The position numbers and the translations under genes are program-made. DNA of 64,000 nucleotides, from contig JAFMPO010000001.1 of the NCBI GenBank assembly GCA_017654855.1, forward strand, positions 558,001 to 622,000, given 5' to 3'. Position 1 is the stretch's first letter. Each line of letters begins with the position of its first letter. Origin of the DNA: Podospora anserina. Taxonomy: Eukaryota. The notes under the pieces were generated by a model that saw nothing but the letters and a program-made list of their open reading frames with translations, made no database searches and was not told the DNA's origin. Below, in pieces: positions 37,546-49,385 of this stretch.

Positions 37546-37853
37546 TTAAAAACTCAACCTCAAGTTCTAAGTTATCATTTTGGCTTTTTACAACTATTCC
37601 ACCTCTGTGGAGGTGGATATCAAGCACTCAGGGGTAACCCCTGAATCTCTTGTGCTTGTCTATTCAGTCTAATGAGTTCACTATTCTTAATAACTAAACA
37701 GAAATACTTATATCTAGTTAATTTTTAAGGCTTTCTATAAATATAAAGAGAGAGTAGTACGGTGTTTATAGTAGAATAGTGATGCTGTACTTTTGCTGCG
37801 AATGCCGCACAAGTCGCCGCTATAGCAGGAGTGGAGGGAAAAAAACACCAAAA

Positions 37854-37972
37854 ACATACAACACCGGGGATTCCCCAGTGGTCACCCACCTGAGTACTGG
37901 TCCGGCGGTCAATTGCTTAACTAGGGGAGAGCGGACGGGATCCCGTGTATTCAACTGCCTATGGTCGTATGT
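37854..37972 (-). rRNA. Dispersed 5S rRNA gene (119 nt)
   Basis: Reverse complement reads ACATACGACCATAGG...CCCGTCCGCTC...GTGGGTGACCAC...GTTGTATGT followed by a T-run. Helices I, II, IV and V pair; TATA lies about 24-28 nt upstream (37996-38000). Confidence 0.96.
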
Positions 37973-40579
37973 AATTGTTGATATTGAAAAAACAGTATAT
38001 GCAGCAGGTAGGCCAGCAAGAGCTCTCCAACATCACCAGACAGAACCACCCAACCGGGATCGAACACTCATTCCTTACTGGTGATGGGAAATAAATGCTT
38101 TATTGTATAAATTGTGCCCAGAAAAGGAGCGGTGTCTGTCTAACAAGTTGTATCTTGGACATGCTCACCATGTACCGAAACTCGCTGCTAAACGACGCTG
38201 TGGAACCAATGGACTTGCTGTCTATTCCGCTACAATTCTCCAGAGTATCTTTAACGTAAAATATTGGGCCTCTGGGCATCCAGACTAAGAGTCTGGCTGG
38301 TTGCCCGGTCTCGCTAGGAGCTAATCCCACGAGCGGACCTTTCCGCCGTGGCGGTCTTTCGTCTTTGATGCGGTCTCTTGCCATTTTTCAATCTCGAAGG
38401 CTTGGTCGTATGGTTTCACGCCCCGTCCCGGAGAGGGCATCAATCACAGGCGGCACCTAGCCCTTTTCGTCACCACTCCCTTCGCTTCGAGTTCAGTGAA
38501 GTGGCTTTCCACTGGCAGCTCGGCATAAGTCGTAGCGAGAGGCAAAATCTCGACCATCAGACATCACCGTCGAATGGTTCAAAGGAGCAAACTGTGGCTT
38601 TAAACAGTATGATCCCATAGCTGGTACAAGAAACAGGTTTCATGACAATATTAATTGTTTATCACTACCGTCCAACTCGGAATTCTGGGTTGTCCGGTCT
38701 GGCAACACAACGGCAAAACCGGCAGCAGGCCACGGCAACAACGCCCACGCATACCCTCGTCCACTTGCCTCCATTAAAGAGATCCCGCCACACCACCATA
38801 GCTCGACCCAAGTTCAGCTTGGATCCCTCGTGACCATCACCAGACCTCAAGCCAAGAGAGCCAAGCATCTCGGTGAGTAGACTGGTTGCTTGCGAACCTC
38901 TTCCCTTCTTCACACATTCCTAGACAGGCAAGAATCCTGGACTTGAGATCCCACCCATTCAGTTCTGCCTGCCTAAGGCACAGTCTGTACCTTGAAATGC
39001 ACCATCATATCATATATACTTTACGCATATACAACCATCCACACTACAGCCCCAAACACGGCCACTAAGTCCTTCCCTTCCGCTTTGCCGCTGTCAACAC
39101 ACACAATACGACCGTGGTCTTCCATACCACCCTCACCCCATGTCTCCAACCGATGACTGGTGGTTCGGAAGCACTTCCGCGGTCTTGGCAACCTCGTCGG
39201 AGCGATCTTCAGATCCCAATCAACGAACCACAATCACCCAAGCCGGCAGGCAAGAAGGATCAGACGAAAACCGCACAGACAATTACCTACTATACAGATG
39301 TGCTTCTCTGTATCACATACTTTACATGAGCACGACTCTGTTTCCTGGCTCAATCGAATTCCAAATCGTAAAGATCTTCTCAGCAACGTGGCATAAAACC
39401 GCAGCACACACTTTGACGAATAGCTACCTCGGTCAAACGTGTGTATTCTGACAGAACGGGTTGTCCTGAGCGAACATCTTACCGGCCGGAGAGTTTCAGG
39501 AGACCCTTCCAGTGACCCTTTCTGCTTCTCGCGTATCGTATCGCAGTGCCAGCATCCGTATGTCAGTATCCGTTGAGTGTGAGTGGGCTCATCAACTGGC
39601 ACTCTCTTCACATGCAGACTCCAGCCTAGGCCGCGTCCTGGTTCCGGCAATGCATCTTGCCGATCACCTCTCTCTCTTGCGCTTTGCCGGCTCTTTTTCC
39701 ACATGTGGTGTCTTTTTCTTCGGGAAGGCCTCTTATCTCTTCGAAACACAGGCATTTGGCCGCATGCAAATGGTCGGGTCAAAAGCCACCGGAGTGTGAT
39801 GGTCAGTCGTATGGAACCGAGAGGAGCACAACCTCTTCTCGGGCCGAGGTTCCCCCTCTCTCATCCAACCAGCAGCAGCAGGAGCAACAACAACCATCAA
39901 CCTTAACCATCGATCAATCCGTGCATCCCCATGTAGTGTTCTCCAGAAAAGCCAGCTCGCAGCAGCAACCGGTCCAGACCCCTAGATCCCTGGAAAAAGA
40001 TCTTCCCTCTCTTCAGCCTGGAAAGGATTCATCCCCCGCACCTCCGCCCCCTTCTCATCCAAAGATGTACGGGCTGGTCCGTTCCATAATGATACACCAC
40101 CACTCCCAAAGCAAAAGAGCCGCTCACCGAGTGTGGATCGAAACCCCCTCCAAGCAAACAAGCGAACTGGAAGCGAAGAACTCGGTCGAGGCTTCCCCAA
40201 GGCTGCAAAACCGTTTAACTACCACCTCGTTTCCCAAACAGGCGCCTTGCACTCGCTTGCGGTTTGAGGGGGGCAAGCGGTTGCAGTGAACAGCTCGAGT
40301 GGTGGCTTTTTCTTGTCTGGGGCGGAATTGATGCTCGGCTCGCGTCTGTTTGAACCACTCAAAGGATTGGTTTGGGCGGCAGAAGAGGGAGAGGGGAAGG
40401 CTCGCGCGCAGAACAGGAGTAATTGCCAATATGGCAAGTCAATTGAGTTGATGAGTCGGACAAAGGCAGAGGATGTCGGGGAAGAAAATTTGCAAAAAGA
40501 AGTCCCGAGTGTTGCCGTGAAATGGATCCAATTGGTAACTTAGGGGCTGGAAAAGGGGCAAAAAGCTGTGCAAAAGATT

Positions 40580-40677
40580 TGGGCGACCCCGGAATCGAAC
40601 CGGGGTTTCTTCGGATCGTATGTGATATTCTTAAGAATAACCACAACGAAGCGTCCTGACCACTAGACTAGTCACCC
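40580..40677 (-). tRNA. tRNA-His(GTG) with 26-nt intron (40615-40640)
   Basis: GGGTGAC/GTCGCCC acceptor stem, CTTCG-TT-GTG-G[intron]C-CGAAG anticodon arm, CCCGG-TTCGATT-CCGGG T-arm, TTTT terminator. Confidence 0.95.
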
Positions 40678-43341
40678 GGTGAGGTATTGAATTGATGGCT
40701 ACTCCTGCCAGACCAAGGGTACATATTGCACACATTGCTTACCACCTGCTGCCAAAAGTGAAATATGATACCCCAAGCTTGCTTCAATCTTCACTATCGA
40801 CAACCGTCAACTTCCAGACTCACTTTACTTAGGGTTATTGAGCTGCTGAATTTTTCTGAAACAGCACATCCTGCAGCATTTTACATCCACACCAGCAATC
40901 TCAGGCCTCGAGTGCATCGATGCCCAGGATGTGGTGGTGATTGTGGTCTCGTTCTTGGCCTCTAGGTGCACCTTTTGCAATCTACGGAATGCAGAATAAA
41001 TAGACTCGAGCTGAGAGGCAGCATAGAACGTCGTTTTACTGCGGGGCCCGTCCCGAGAATGAAGAAAGAAGCAAAACCTACGTGCGCCTGCTGCCGCTGG
41101 TGCATGTCCCTAGCGGAAATTCGCATGAGAACGACTCTGGATGATGCCGGAGTCTGCAACTTCAAGCTCAACGACCACAGTTCCGGCTCAGAATTGCACC
41201 TCCCGCTCTGTCGATGCACTGGTAACCCGATTAGCCACTGAAGGCTCACGTCATGACTTGTAAAATTATAAACAAAGACAAGGGAGAAGAACAAGAAAAT
41301 GGCATATCAAGTCAGACACGGAAAAGTTCCAGAGAGGTCTGTTATGAATGTCTGGACCGCAATCTAGCGGTCAGCCACTTGCGTCCCGGCTCTCCGGTTG
41401 CTGCGATTTATCCGCGAGCCTAGCTCCTACACCTGGCGAGACCCCTTGGCACTCTTCTGAGGGATGAAGCCCGACTTGTCTGATAGTGATAGCAGTGGTG
41501 CAATATTTCTCCACAAGTGCACTCCGTGGCTTGATCGGATGCCCGCTAAGTCTGGATCAAAAATGGATCGGACATCAAACCCCTGCCCAAAAATATATGG
41601 ATATGGACAGCCACAAAAAGGCGTGAATATACTCGGCTCCTTTGGGCTAGAAAAGTTACGCGGACCTTGGTCCCGGCGGAGACACAGCAGATGGCTCCCA
41701 CTTCTTTGCTAATAGCCAACATGGCCAAGACACCAGGCAAGACTTCCGGGATGGTGAAGCTTTTGAGAGTAAAAATGGTGATGAAAAGAACAAGGGCCAG
41801 TGAGCGAGTTCTGAAGTTGGAGTTGAACTCCCGTTTGCGTTTAATGTCGACAAGTCGACCTAGCCCATAAGATCTACCAAGTATGTGCCAGTGGCAGTGC
41901 AGAAGTGCGTCATGACTAGCAGATACAACGCTCGCTAACCTGGTGCTGCAGCCATTGAGATTCTAGGGTCTCCCACTGGGAGCAATTAATAGCTGCTTTC
42001 GTGATATAGCCTGAAGCGCACCGTGCTCGGGTAGCATGGCACGCTGGGTTGCTGGGCTGCAAGTGGATTGATGAAGTGAGGATGATTCCAGGTGAGAACG
42101 CAATAAGCCAATTAATATCAAACCAGCAGCCCCTTTGATAAGGCAGGGGCCCCCACCGATGGTGATGATGGTAGTGATGGTGAGCCAGATACCCAATTCG
42201 TCAGAATAAGCAGACTGATAGGATGAACACCGTTGCATGTCGTTCCTGCCGTGGTCACTCATAGACGCCGGCATATTGACAGGGCCCCAGATGGCATCAT
42301 TTGGAGCCGGGCACATTAAATTTAGCGGGTAGGTACAGCCTAGATTCCAAAGAATCGAGCAAATTGACATGTATATGAAAATAGTTCGACAAAGCAAAGC
42401 CATGACATGAGGTGCTTACCGCCAACCATTCCAACATACCATGATAGAGTACATCAACACCATCTTCGATGCGTTGCCCTGAATTAGATGCGGTCTTGGT
42501 AGAGGACTAGACAGGTACATATTCCGTTGAATGTCGTATTGGAGCCAGGCTGCGTCAGGGCAGGGTCGGGTAACGGATGGCCCTAGTGTGCCTTCCAAGA
42601 GGTTCCAGTGTCATGACCGCTTCGCGGACGGAGAGCCATCCAAAATGGGATGGAGTGCCGACGCCCCGCGCGGCTTCCGGAGCCAGGACAACGGTTACGC
42701 CGGACCCTACCAAGATGACGGTGCCATGGCCCTTCGACTGTGGCAAGGAGGGATGATCATCAGGTATGGGCCAACACATATCTGGGGAGCATCTAGAGAC
42801 TCCATGGAAACAGATCGAGCCGACAATGAAATGATGGATCCAGTGCATCCATGGTGCATCTATGGCACACCGGGGAAGCAGGGAGCCTGAAGCGGCCGAC
42901 GAACCAGAGCAGTGGGACGTCGGAGTATCATGAGCGTTGGCCGCAAGCATGCGTGAGGCGCAAAAGTCATTGAGAGTCCTGGTGGAATCTAAGAAGCTCT
43001 GGTTAAACAATGTCGCCCACAAAGTTGCATCTCTGGTTCTCTCCAATTCGCGCTTACCGCGTTCTCTTGGGAGCAAGCAGGCCGAGGCCAGTAAAGGAGC
43101 ATTGTCCGTTTTCACCAGCACCTAACACTCGCCGTCCCATTCGCAAGCGCCTGAAATCCTTCAGTTTCAGGCGAGGTGCATCCTCGGACCGCCAAAGCAT
43201 GCTGCCAGGTGTTGTTGGCTGCCTTCTGCACGTAACGCTCTGCTGGTGAGACTCAAGCACCCTCCCTACAAAACAATTGAGACAGCAAAAGTAAGTTAAC
43301 CCATACTATACTGTAAACTACCTTATGCCCTAAAAGTAAAT

Positions 43342-43438
43342 TAACAGGCCTCTAAACGATCTTTCAAGGCTTATTAATTATCTTTAAAGGCCTATGGACC
43401 ATCGTTAAAGGCCTATGGACCATCGTTAAAGGCCTATG
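43342..43438. repeat. 21-bp tandem repeat TTAAAGGCCTATGGACCATCG (2.6 exact copies at 43384-43438 plus 2 degenerate upstream copies)
   Basis: Read directly; the 21-bp period holds in the degenerate copies at 43342-43362 and 43363-43383. Confidence 0.85.
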
Positions 43439-46400
43439 AACTATCCTCCAAAGCATGCTTCACCTACTTCAGTGTCTCAACTATTTTGTGGCAAGGGTGT
43501 CAAGGTGTGCTGACCGTCTTCCTGATGCCATCGCCCGTCTGGGCAACCATGAAAGCTGGGTCTGTGGTTGAGCAATGTGTTTTTGATTGTGGCTTATGCT
43601 CGAAGCATGCCTTGTCCGAGTCTCGACCGGCTTGTCCGCTTGTAACGTCCTTCCCGAAAACACAACGCAACGGTTCTTATCGCGCCAAGTACGTACCGCA
43701 GGATAACTGGGAGCAAAGCTGCCCCCTTTCCCTCCTGTATTGACTTGGCTGGTGCAACCGTCGGATATGGGGGTCCAGCCACAGATATCGTTATCACGCC
43801 CCAGAGCTGATCGTTCAAGGCTCGTGGTTCCGCGACTGGGCGAGATGTTGTCGTCGAAATGTGGGGTTGCATCACAGTCTGGCCTGGTGGCTTGGCTGGC
43901 GGCCTGGGGTTAGCTTTAAGCTTCAGAACCCCGTGGGGCGTGGGGGTGGGGCATGTGGGGACCTGCCATCCCAAACTCCGGATCACGCAAACTTGCGACT
44001 TCAGATGACGGCAGGAACCAACTCGTACCTGCTCGTGTACCTACGAGACGCGCAATCCTGAATACTAGGTATACAGCCTCAAAAACCTAGAAGTGCCGCT
44101 TCTGTTGACACCATCTGCATCTGACTTGTTGCATTACAAGCAACACGCAACTACACATTACCGGAACCATAGTAGCTCGAGAGCACCAACCGTTCAAGCA
44201 AGAAGCTCCGGGCGCCTCAGGTTGACGTGGTTTCGCACCCAGGTACAAGGGTTGCATCGAACCGCCTTCCAACTATCACAGGGTTGATTGTTTCTTACCT
44301 CACCTGTCAGACCAGGTGAGAGACAGCGGTTTGATGCTATGATTGCTTGGAATGCTGGAGCCCCCACTATCGAAACATCATGCTCACACTCCAATCTGTA
44401 TGCTATTTCGGCCGCAAAGGTCACGCTTTCGCCGATCTTATCCCTCCACACCTTCGAACCGAGAGCTTTATCACGGAGCTGGTGTTCGCTCCATCCTCAA
44501 AGGGGCAGCTGCAACGAAACAAGGTTCTCCGCCTGTCCCTAGATCGCGTTAGCGAAGCTCGGGAATCTTGGGGTCGAGGCCGCACCGTGTTTGTGGGGAT
44601 GACAGCCCCTGATCCAACGGGAGGCCAGGGTGATGCAATGTGGTCAGGAGGTGGTCGGGTCATCCATCTCATCACCGGCTTGACAACGTCAACCCCTCGT
44701 CGTCGTGTAGGAAGCACACTGTTTCACACCCGACGGCCCGGAATATGCCAGACTCTGACTGGCTGACGGTTGGTTCCTTATCTCTTCCTCACCTCGCCAA
44801 CGAAGGGCGTGACCGGGACACGAAGCAAGCCGTGCAGGAACATCTGCAGCCAAAATGTAAGGACAGTCTAGGCTCACTGAGCAGAGAGAAGCCGATGAGC
44901 CGCCCCAGACTCCCAGGTTCAACTTATTGGCGCTTGGCCATCAAGAGAGATGATCCGAGAGAAGCACATGGATTGCATCACTGCTGTAGCAAAAGGCGCC
45001 CACCACACATGGCATGGCCAGAGCGAATAGGTTCAAACTAACCAACCACCACCATGGTTCTGTTTCTGTTCCCGAAGTTGCGGTGAAGAGAGTAACATTT
45101 TACGCCTCCAAGCTGCTCTGACTGACATAGATGTGTGTACATCACTTTCTACACCCTCACTAATCAAGCCGCCCCGTTCAAAGCGCGAGAGCCGACGGGA
45201 GGAGACTACACACATACAGTACACACCACCCTATAAACGACACTAAACCATTTCTCATGCCGCCATCTTCCCGAAGGTTTGTCATTAGTGTGACCTTCCA
45301 GCCTTTTACTGCTGCGAAATCGGGCGGGGAGGCCAGAGGACAGGGTCACAGCACAACCGCACGATGCAAGTTGTGCCGAAATATGGATCACGCAGCACAA
45401 CGTGGACCGACTTGGCCAGGTTTTTTTTGCGTCTTGGAGAAGACTCGTGGCAACAGGTCTCCTGACTCATCTCCAAACTCTAGCCCCGGGATGCGTATAC
45501 GGATATCTACATCCGCTTCAATTCTGCTAGACCAGAATGGGCCCAGCCATTGATGAAGCCATGAGGAGCGCCGCGGGTCGTGAAGAAAACTAGCTCACAC
45601 GTCAAGGCTCCGGGATCGTCATCGAGAAAAGGAAAAGTTGGGGGTCACAATGGCGCTATCGTTGCTCGGCTTTTGGTGTGTTACCAAGCGCTGCCTCAGT
45701 GTCGTCCCGGCATCGCGCATCCCCAGACTTTAGCACGTTGTCACCCCACACATTGCGAGTCCGGGGGTCGTTCCGGCTGGCGGCCTAGGGAGATCAACCT
45801 ACAGGCCCCAAGCCGCGCAGACGGCGGTACGAGTTTAAAGAAGTTCCCTTTTGCGCCAGCCCCTTGTTTTTACGAGCGAGGCCCGTGGTGGGGGTGGTTT
45901 TCTGGAAAGACTCGATGTTGTTAGCTTGCGGTAAAATACGGAAAATGGATTGTCCAGAAAGTACTGAATGGAAAACAAAGAACAGAAAGAAAAACCTTAC
46001 ATACAAGCTGACCTGATACGAATTTACAACCATCAAGTACACACACCAGGCAAAAATCCGGGATCCAATCGATTGCCCTCCCCACATTGCATACGCCTCC
46101 TGGGCCTCTCCCTCACTGGCACACAACTGCCAAGGAAATAACCTTCCCCCCCCCCCCAGGTTTTTGTTAACTTGCGCCCGGATTTTGTGTGGAAGCGCGC
46201 CGTCTGGAGAGAAGGCAGAGAAAGGGAAAAGGGGAGGCCGAGGCGGAGCAAAAAACCCAAGACACGAAGCAGAGAGGCTTGGTTGTGACAATACGTACTT
46301 GACTCACATTGGGTCAAAAACTCTTTTCTCCAACAGGTGCATATTGTTCTAGAAATTCGGTGCCTAATGGAAATCCCAACTTCTCAGCGTCCACTTTTAA

Positions 46401-47891
46401 GAGCCGCTTTGCCTTGCCTTGGAGAAGGCTAAAAACAAATTATTATTTTTAAAAAAAAGTCGAGTGAGTGTCGCGGGTGGGAGGTTTGTTGGGTTGGCGT
46501 CATTGCTGGCTAATTATTAGTCAAGTTTCTTTGGGTGTCACTCTCCATGTCAGCCCTTTTGACTAATAGGTATGCGGGTTGCATACCCACTCTTCTTTTG
46601 GTGTCAATGGAAATGTAGAGAAATGCCATTTTCTGACCGAACCAGCCTTTCGTCTCGGTATTTACGACCTGGGCAAAATGGCGGGGTGAGGATTTTCTTT
46701 TCTGGCAGAAGCAATGCAGAATGCAGTGCCGTATCGAGGGATGCTTGGATGGTGTGGAGCGGGTTTCACACAAGGCTTTTTTTTTTCTACGCCGCAGCTG
46801 TTGGTTGGAGTTTGTTTGGTCTGAAATTTCTCCTTGTCTAGACTCATCCACTGACAGAGGACATGTCTCTCAGCCTTGCAAAACTTTGTTGACTGTCCCG
46901 AGTGAGACAGTCCACACCAGCACCGGTACTCCACAGTCCGAGTACAATGAATATAAGCCTACCTACATACGTAGGCAGGTTACGCGTGGTGATATATTTT
47001 GGACCCATCAGAGACACATAAAAAGGTGTGGTAGTACTGCTTATCCTACATCATGGGTGTCTTCCACGTCCCCCCCCCAACGGACAAGTACATTACATGG
47101 AGGCGGCGGTGGTGGTAGGCGAGGCCGCGGACGTCGTGTACGTTGATACATCACATTCTGTTCTTCCATCCCACTATCTCGTGTTGCGGGCAGGTGCCAT
47201 ACTCTTTCATGTTTGGGTTCACGAGACACAAAGCGCCAAAAACCACATCCCAACTTTGTTCGTGAGTATGTGACCATCTTGAGCGTGGGGGTTGTTGTCA
47301 CACGGGCAAGCAGAGCAAGAGTGGGCAGAAATGGAGTTCTGTCTTGTCGAGTTTCTTTATGAAATAGTCAACTTTAGAGGCCAGAAGGGATCAGATGAAT
47401 TCAAGGATTGCATATCACAGTGGTCGCAAGGTCCGGAAAGACAGAAAGTGTTACAAAGTGCAAAATACTAATAGCGTTTATCATGTTCGCTGACCTCATT
47501 GGAGATAACAGCGGAATCATATATAATATATATGAGCGAAGTCAAGTCTATCCGTCCGTCCGTCCAGAAACAAAAAGGAAGTGGTGATGTCTATAACCCG
47601 CCTCGAAAAAACAAGTTCCGCCATAGAAAAACATCAAGAAAAAAAAAACCGCGTGTGCCTATGTGTCCAGATCCCACCACGGCGAAGCCAAAACGCTCAA
47701 CTTTTGGTCGCTATTAATGATTCGAGTACCCGTGACCTTTCCTGTTCCATCCAAAGAGAAACCTGCCCAAACGCCCCGTAGTATATCCTCTATAGTCCCG
47801 GGTTTGTTCGTTGTCGTCATATCATGTCGTTAAGAGACTGCAAACTTTAACAAAGTTGTACAATTCACTCGCTCTTCCGTGGTCACACTCG

Positions 47892-49115
47892 TTACAAGAA
47901 ATCTCCAGCAACGCTGTTGGCGGTCGAGTTTCTGCCACTGAGGCTGTAGCCATCACTTGGCGTGAGCATGTCGCTGACACTCATCCTTGGAAGTGGAAGT
48001 TTGCGAGCTCCATCTGGACGGTTGATCACGTCGGTCAAGGAAATGCCGCTGCGAGATGGCGCTTGCGCGGGTGGCTGCGAGAACTGCTGACCTTCGGGTT
48101 GCGGCTCAAGGGGAGCAAGCGCTGGAACTTGGCTATGCAAAGAAAGATTGCGAAACGGCGCGAGCTCGGTTCCAAACGGCCGGAGACGCGGAGAGTGGGC
48201 AGGCGTGGCAAGTGGTGTGTGGTCGGGAGTTGGCGAGAGTGAATTGTGAGAAAACGTGGGAGAAGAAGGAGCGGTGGAGTTAGGCGAGTTGGGTCTCGAC
48301 CTCTTAGCGTGTCTGTAATTGTGATAATGGTCGTCGTCATCGTGGGAGTGAGTGGGCCGAGAAATATGGTAGGCATGCAGCGAAGGGCCGGCCATCAGGG
48401 GATTCCTTGATGTGGCAATGCCGTTGCCATAGAAGTGAGCATGTCTTGAGCCGTAAGGGGCCATCTTGTCCCGCTCGACTTGACCAACAGCTCTCGCCAG
48501 CATCTGAATGTCGGGACCGCTCTGGCTACCAAGAGCATTGCGATGGTATGGGCTCAGCGTAGGCTGAGGGGAGAAGTTGTACGAGTGGTAATGAGGAGGC
48601 GAGACATTGGGAGAAGAGATCGCGGTCGGGGGAGCCGAGCGAATCGTCTTGGGCTGCGGTGGAGGCATGACATCAGGCTGCAGTCTGTGAACCAGACCAG
48701 CGTGCTGATGTCCCTTGTTCCCTCTCCTGGAGTTGGGGTTGTTGTGTATCCTCGAGTGCCTCGTTAGTTCATCTGAGCGCGAGAACCTCTTGCTGCAGCC
48801 TGGGTGGTGGCAGGCGTGTGGCTTCTCGCCTGTGTGCGTCCGGATGTGACGGGTCTGGTGCTCGAGGCGGTGGAAAGCCTTGTCACACATGGTGCATTTG
48901 TAAGGACGGGGGAGCTCATTCGTGCTGTCAGCCGACTGAGCGCCCGTGGGCAAAGGCCCATTTGGACGGAGCAATCCAACAGACATCTCGACGTCGACGG
49001 CGGGAGTCTGCGTTTGCGTTTGCGTCTGCCGTTGGGGAGAAAGCTGGTCCCTCTCTGTTGTTGTCTCCGGGTTCAGTAGACTGGAAAAGTCCACTGCAGA
49101 TTGCGTTCGTTGCAT
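47892..49115 (-). CDS. creA: Carbon catabolite repressor CreA/Cre-1, C2H2 zinc-finger protein, intronless, 407 aa
   Basis: MQRTQSAVDFSSLL start; fingers RPYKC..CDKAFHRLEHQTRHIRTHTGEKPHAC..C.KRFSRSDELTRHSRIH; acidic SHDDDD; KRSRPNSPNSTAPSSPTFS..SLSPTPDHTPLATPAHSPRLRP block; KLPLP near the C-terminus. Confidence 0.97.
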   Translation of the reverse strand: MQRTQSAVDFSSLLNPETTTERDQLSPQRQTQTQTQTPAVDVEMSVGLLRPNGPLPTGAQSADSTNELPRPYKCTMCDKAFHRLEHQTRHIRTHTGEKPHACHHPGCSKRFSRSDELTRHSRIHNNPNSRRGNKGHQHAGLVHRLQPDVMPPPQPKTIRSAPPTAISSPNVSPPHYHSYNFSPQPTLSPYHRNALGSQSGPDIQMLARAVGQVERDKMAPYGSRHAHFYGNGIATSRNPLMAGPSLHAYHISRPTHSHDDDDHYHNYRHAKRSRPNSPNSTAPSSPTFSHNSLSPTPDHTPLATPAHSPRLRPFGTELAPFRNLSLHSQVPALAPLEPQPEGQQFSQPPAQAPSRSGISLTDVINRPDGARKLPLPRMSVSDMLTPSDGYSLSGRNSTANSVAGDFL

Positions 49116-49385
49116 GTGATCGGTCGCCCTTGTGCTGGGACTCTGTTTAACCCCTACTCGGTCGTATAGTTGTCCCAGTTGTCTTCCAATTGAGCTGCAC
49201 AAAATGCATGCAGCCGGCGACGGACAAGATCGAAGGTGAGAAAAGTGTCGGTCAACGCTCTCAGCCCCTTTGGGGTTCCAGACGTTCCTCGTTTCTTTGC
49301 AAAAGTTGGGACGAGATGAATAGGGCGGCCCGTTGGGTTGGAGTTGGAGTTAAGGTTTTGCTGGCGTGCGGGTTGACGACTGGGT

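Noticed and set aside
41464..43249. Cluster of short protein-like frames, possibly another decayed gene
   Set aside because: I could not chain them into one strand and frame as at 34.9-36.7 kb; BLASTX would be needed.
46352..46362. GAAATTCGGTG resembling RNase P RNA conserved region I
   Set aside because: Lacks the preceding GG and I found no matching P4 3' strand downstream.
49116..49202. 29-codon N-terminal extension of CreA in the ORF track
   Set aside because: Starts at a non-ATG codon; the recognisable CreA start is MQRTQSAVDF at 49115.
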